Part shown: piece by piece, positions 63,687 to 64,000 of the stretch | How the letters are laid out: every line of letters begins with the position of its first letter | How positions within the stretch are numbered: the first letter of the stretch is position 1 | NCBI GenBank assembly: GCA_965178125.1 | Contig: OZ237754.1 | Span: forward strand, 744,001-808,000 | Length of the DNA stretch: 64,000 nucleotides | Origin: Bilabrum cf. latius | Lineage: Eukaryota | Reading direction: 5' to 3' | Notes under the pieces: model-generated | What the model saw: only the letters and a program-made list of their open reading frames with translations | The model's database searches: none | Told to the model about the DNA's origin: nothing | Made by a program: the position numbers and the translations under genes

Positions 63687-64000
63687 GTGAGAACAGTAAT
63701 CACTCAGCAAAAAGTTCTTGAAACATTTAAACAAAAGGCTCGATGTGAGTGTATTGCAGATATCGTAAACGCGCGTGCGAGGTGGCGATGGAACCCCAAG
63801 TGGTTCCCAAGCGACGCCCAAAAAAGCGCCAAATTCGAGCTTTTTATCCTGGTTTTGAGCCAGATGAATAGTCAATAGGATGCTCTATCCCATCTGAAAG
63901 CACGGGGTCTGGACATTCCATCTTCGACTGCCTCTGACTGGGTGAAGAAGGCAGCATCCGGACAAACGGTCGGTGCGAGAGGCGGTTCAAATCCGACATT
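63687..64000 (+). CDS. Possible 5' part of an HTH-containing gene (transposase-like), running off the window
   Basis: The frame stays open through TAG 63876 to the window end: MNSQ*DALSHLKARGLDIPSSTASDWVKKAASG resembles an HTH (IPxST..DW.K) of pogo/CENP-B-type proteins. AT-rich context. Confidence 0.25.

Noticed and set aside
1-64000. Pseudogene cluster or sequencing errors as the cause of the internal stops
   Set aside because: All internal stops I traced are TAG, there are no frameshifts over multi-kb frames, and catalytic motifs of essential genes are intact.
1-64000. In-frame TAGs as 3' splice acceptors of small introns
   Set aside because: The introns I could resolve have GTRAG-like donors and end in GCAG. 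The TAGs lack matching donors, and several lie in gap-free conserved domains.
1-64000. Pyrrolysine or programmed readthrough
   Set aside because: TAGs are too numerous (more than 20 in one gene), show no evident shared downstream context, and occur in ordinary eukaryotic housekeeping genes.

Overview
GC-rich, gene-dense eukaryotic (protist-like) nuclear DNA with short GT-AG spliceosomal introns. The supplied ORF track is misleading because TAG is not a stop codon here. By manual count about 80 in-frame TAGs interrupt otherwise continuous single-frame ORFs in 13 genes, including inside conserved domains (FKBP, COMMD4, purple acid phosphatase), and I found no internal TAA or TGA. Genes end in TGA (12) or TAA (2). 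Several TAGs sit inside poly-CAG tracts, which points to UAG=Gln with UAA and UGA still used as stops, a rare uncoupled nuclear code. Reading TAG as sense gives about 15 genes: a >2380-aa repeat protein (partial), PP2C, a 3860-aa orphan, CMSS1/CMS1, PIG-A, METTL13, a Cys-rich membrane protein, COMMD4, DONSON, an intron-containing gene of a bacterial-looking family, FAN1, an IQ-WW-SAM-FKBP protein, an ankyrin-like gene ending in a 51-bp minisatellite, a purple acid phosphatase and a Nup133-like protein. A possible HTH/transposase start lies at the right edge. Other oddities are a strongly over-represented frame-independent 8-mer (AGGGAACA/TGTTCCCT), large low-complexity expansions of conserved proteins, and an AT-rich island at about 48.7-50.9 kb. 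All family assignments come from recognising motifs by eye, and no database was searched.
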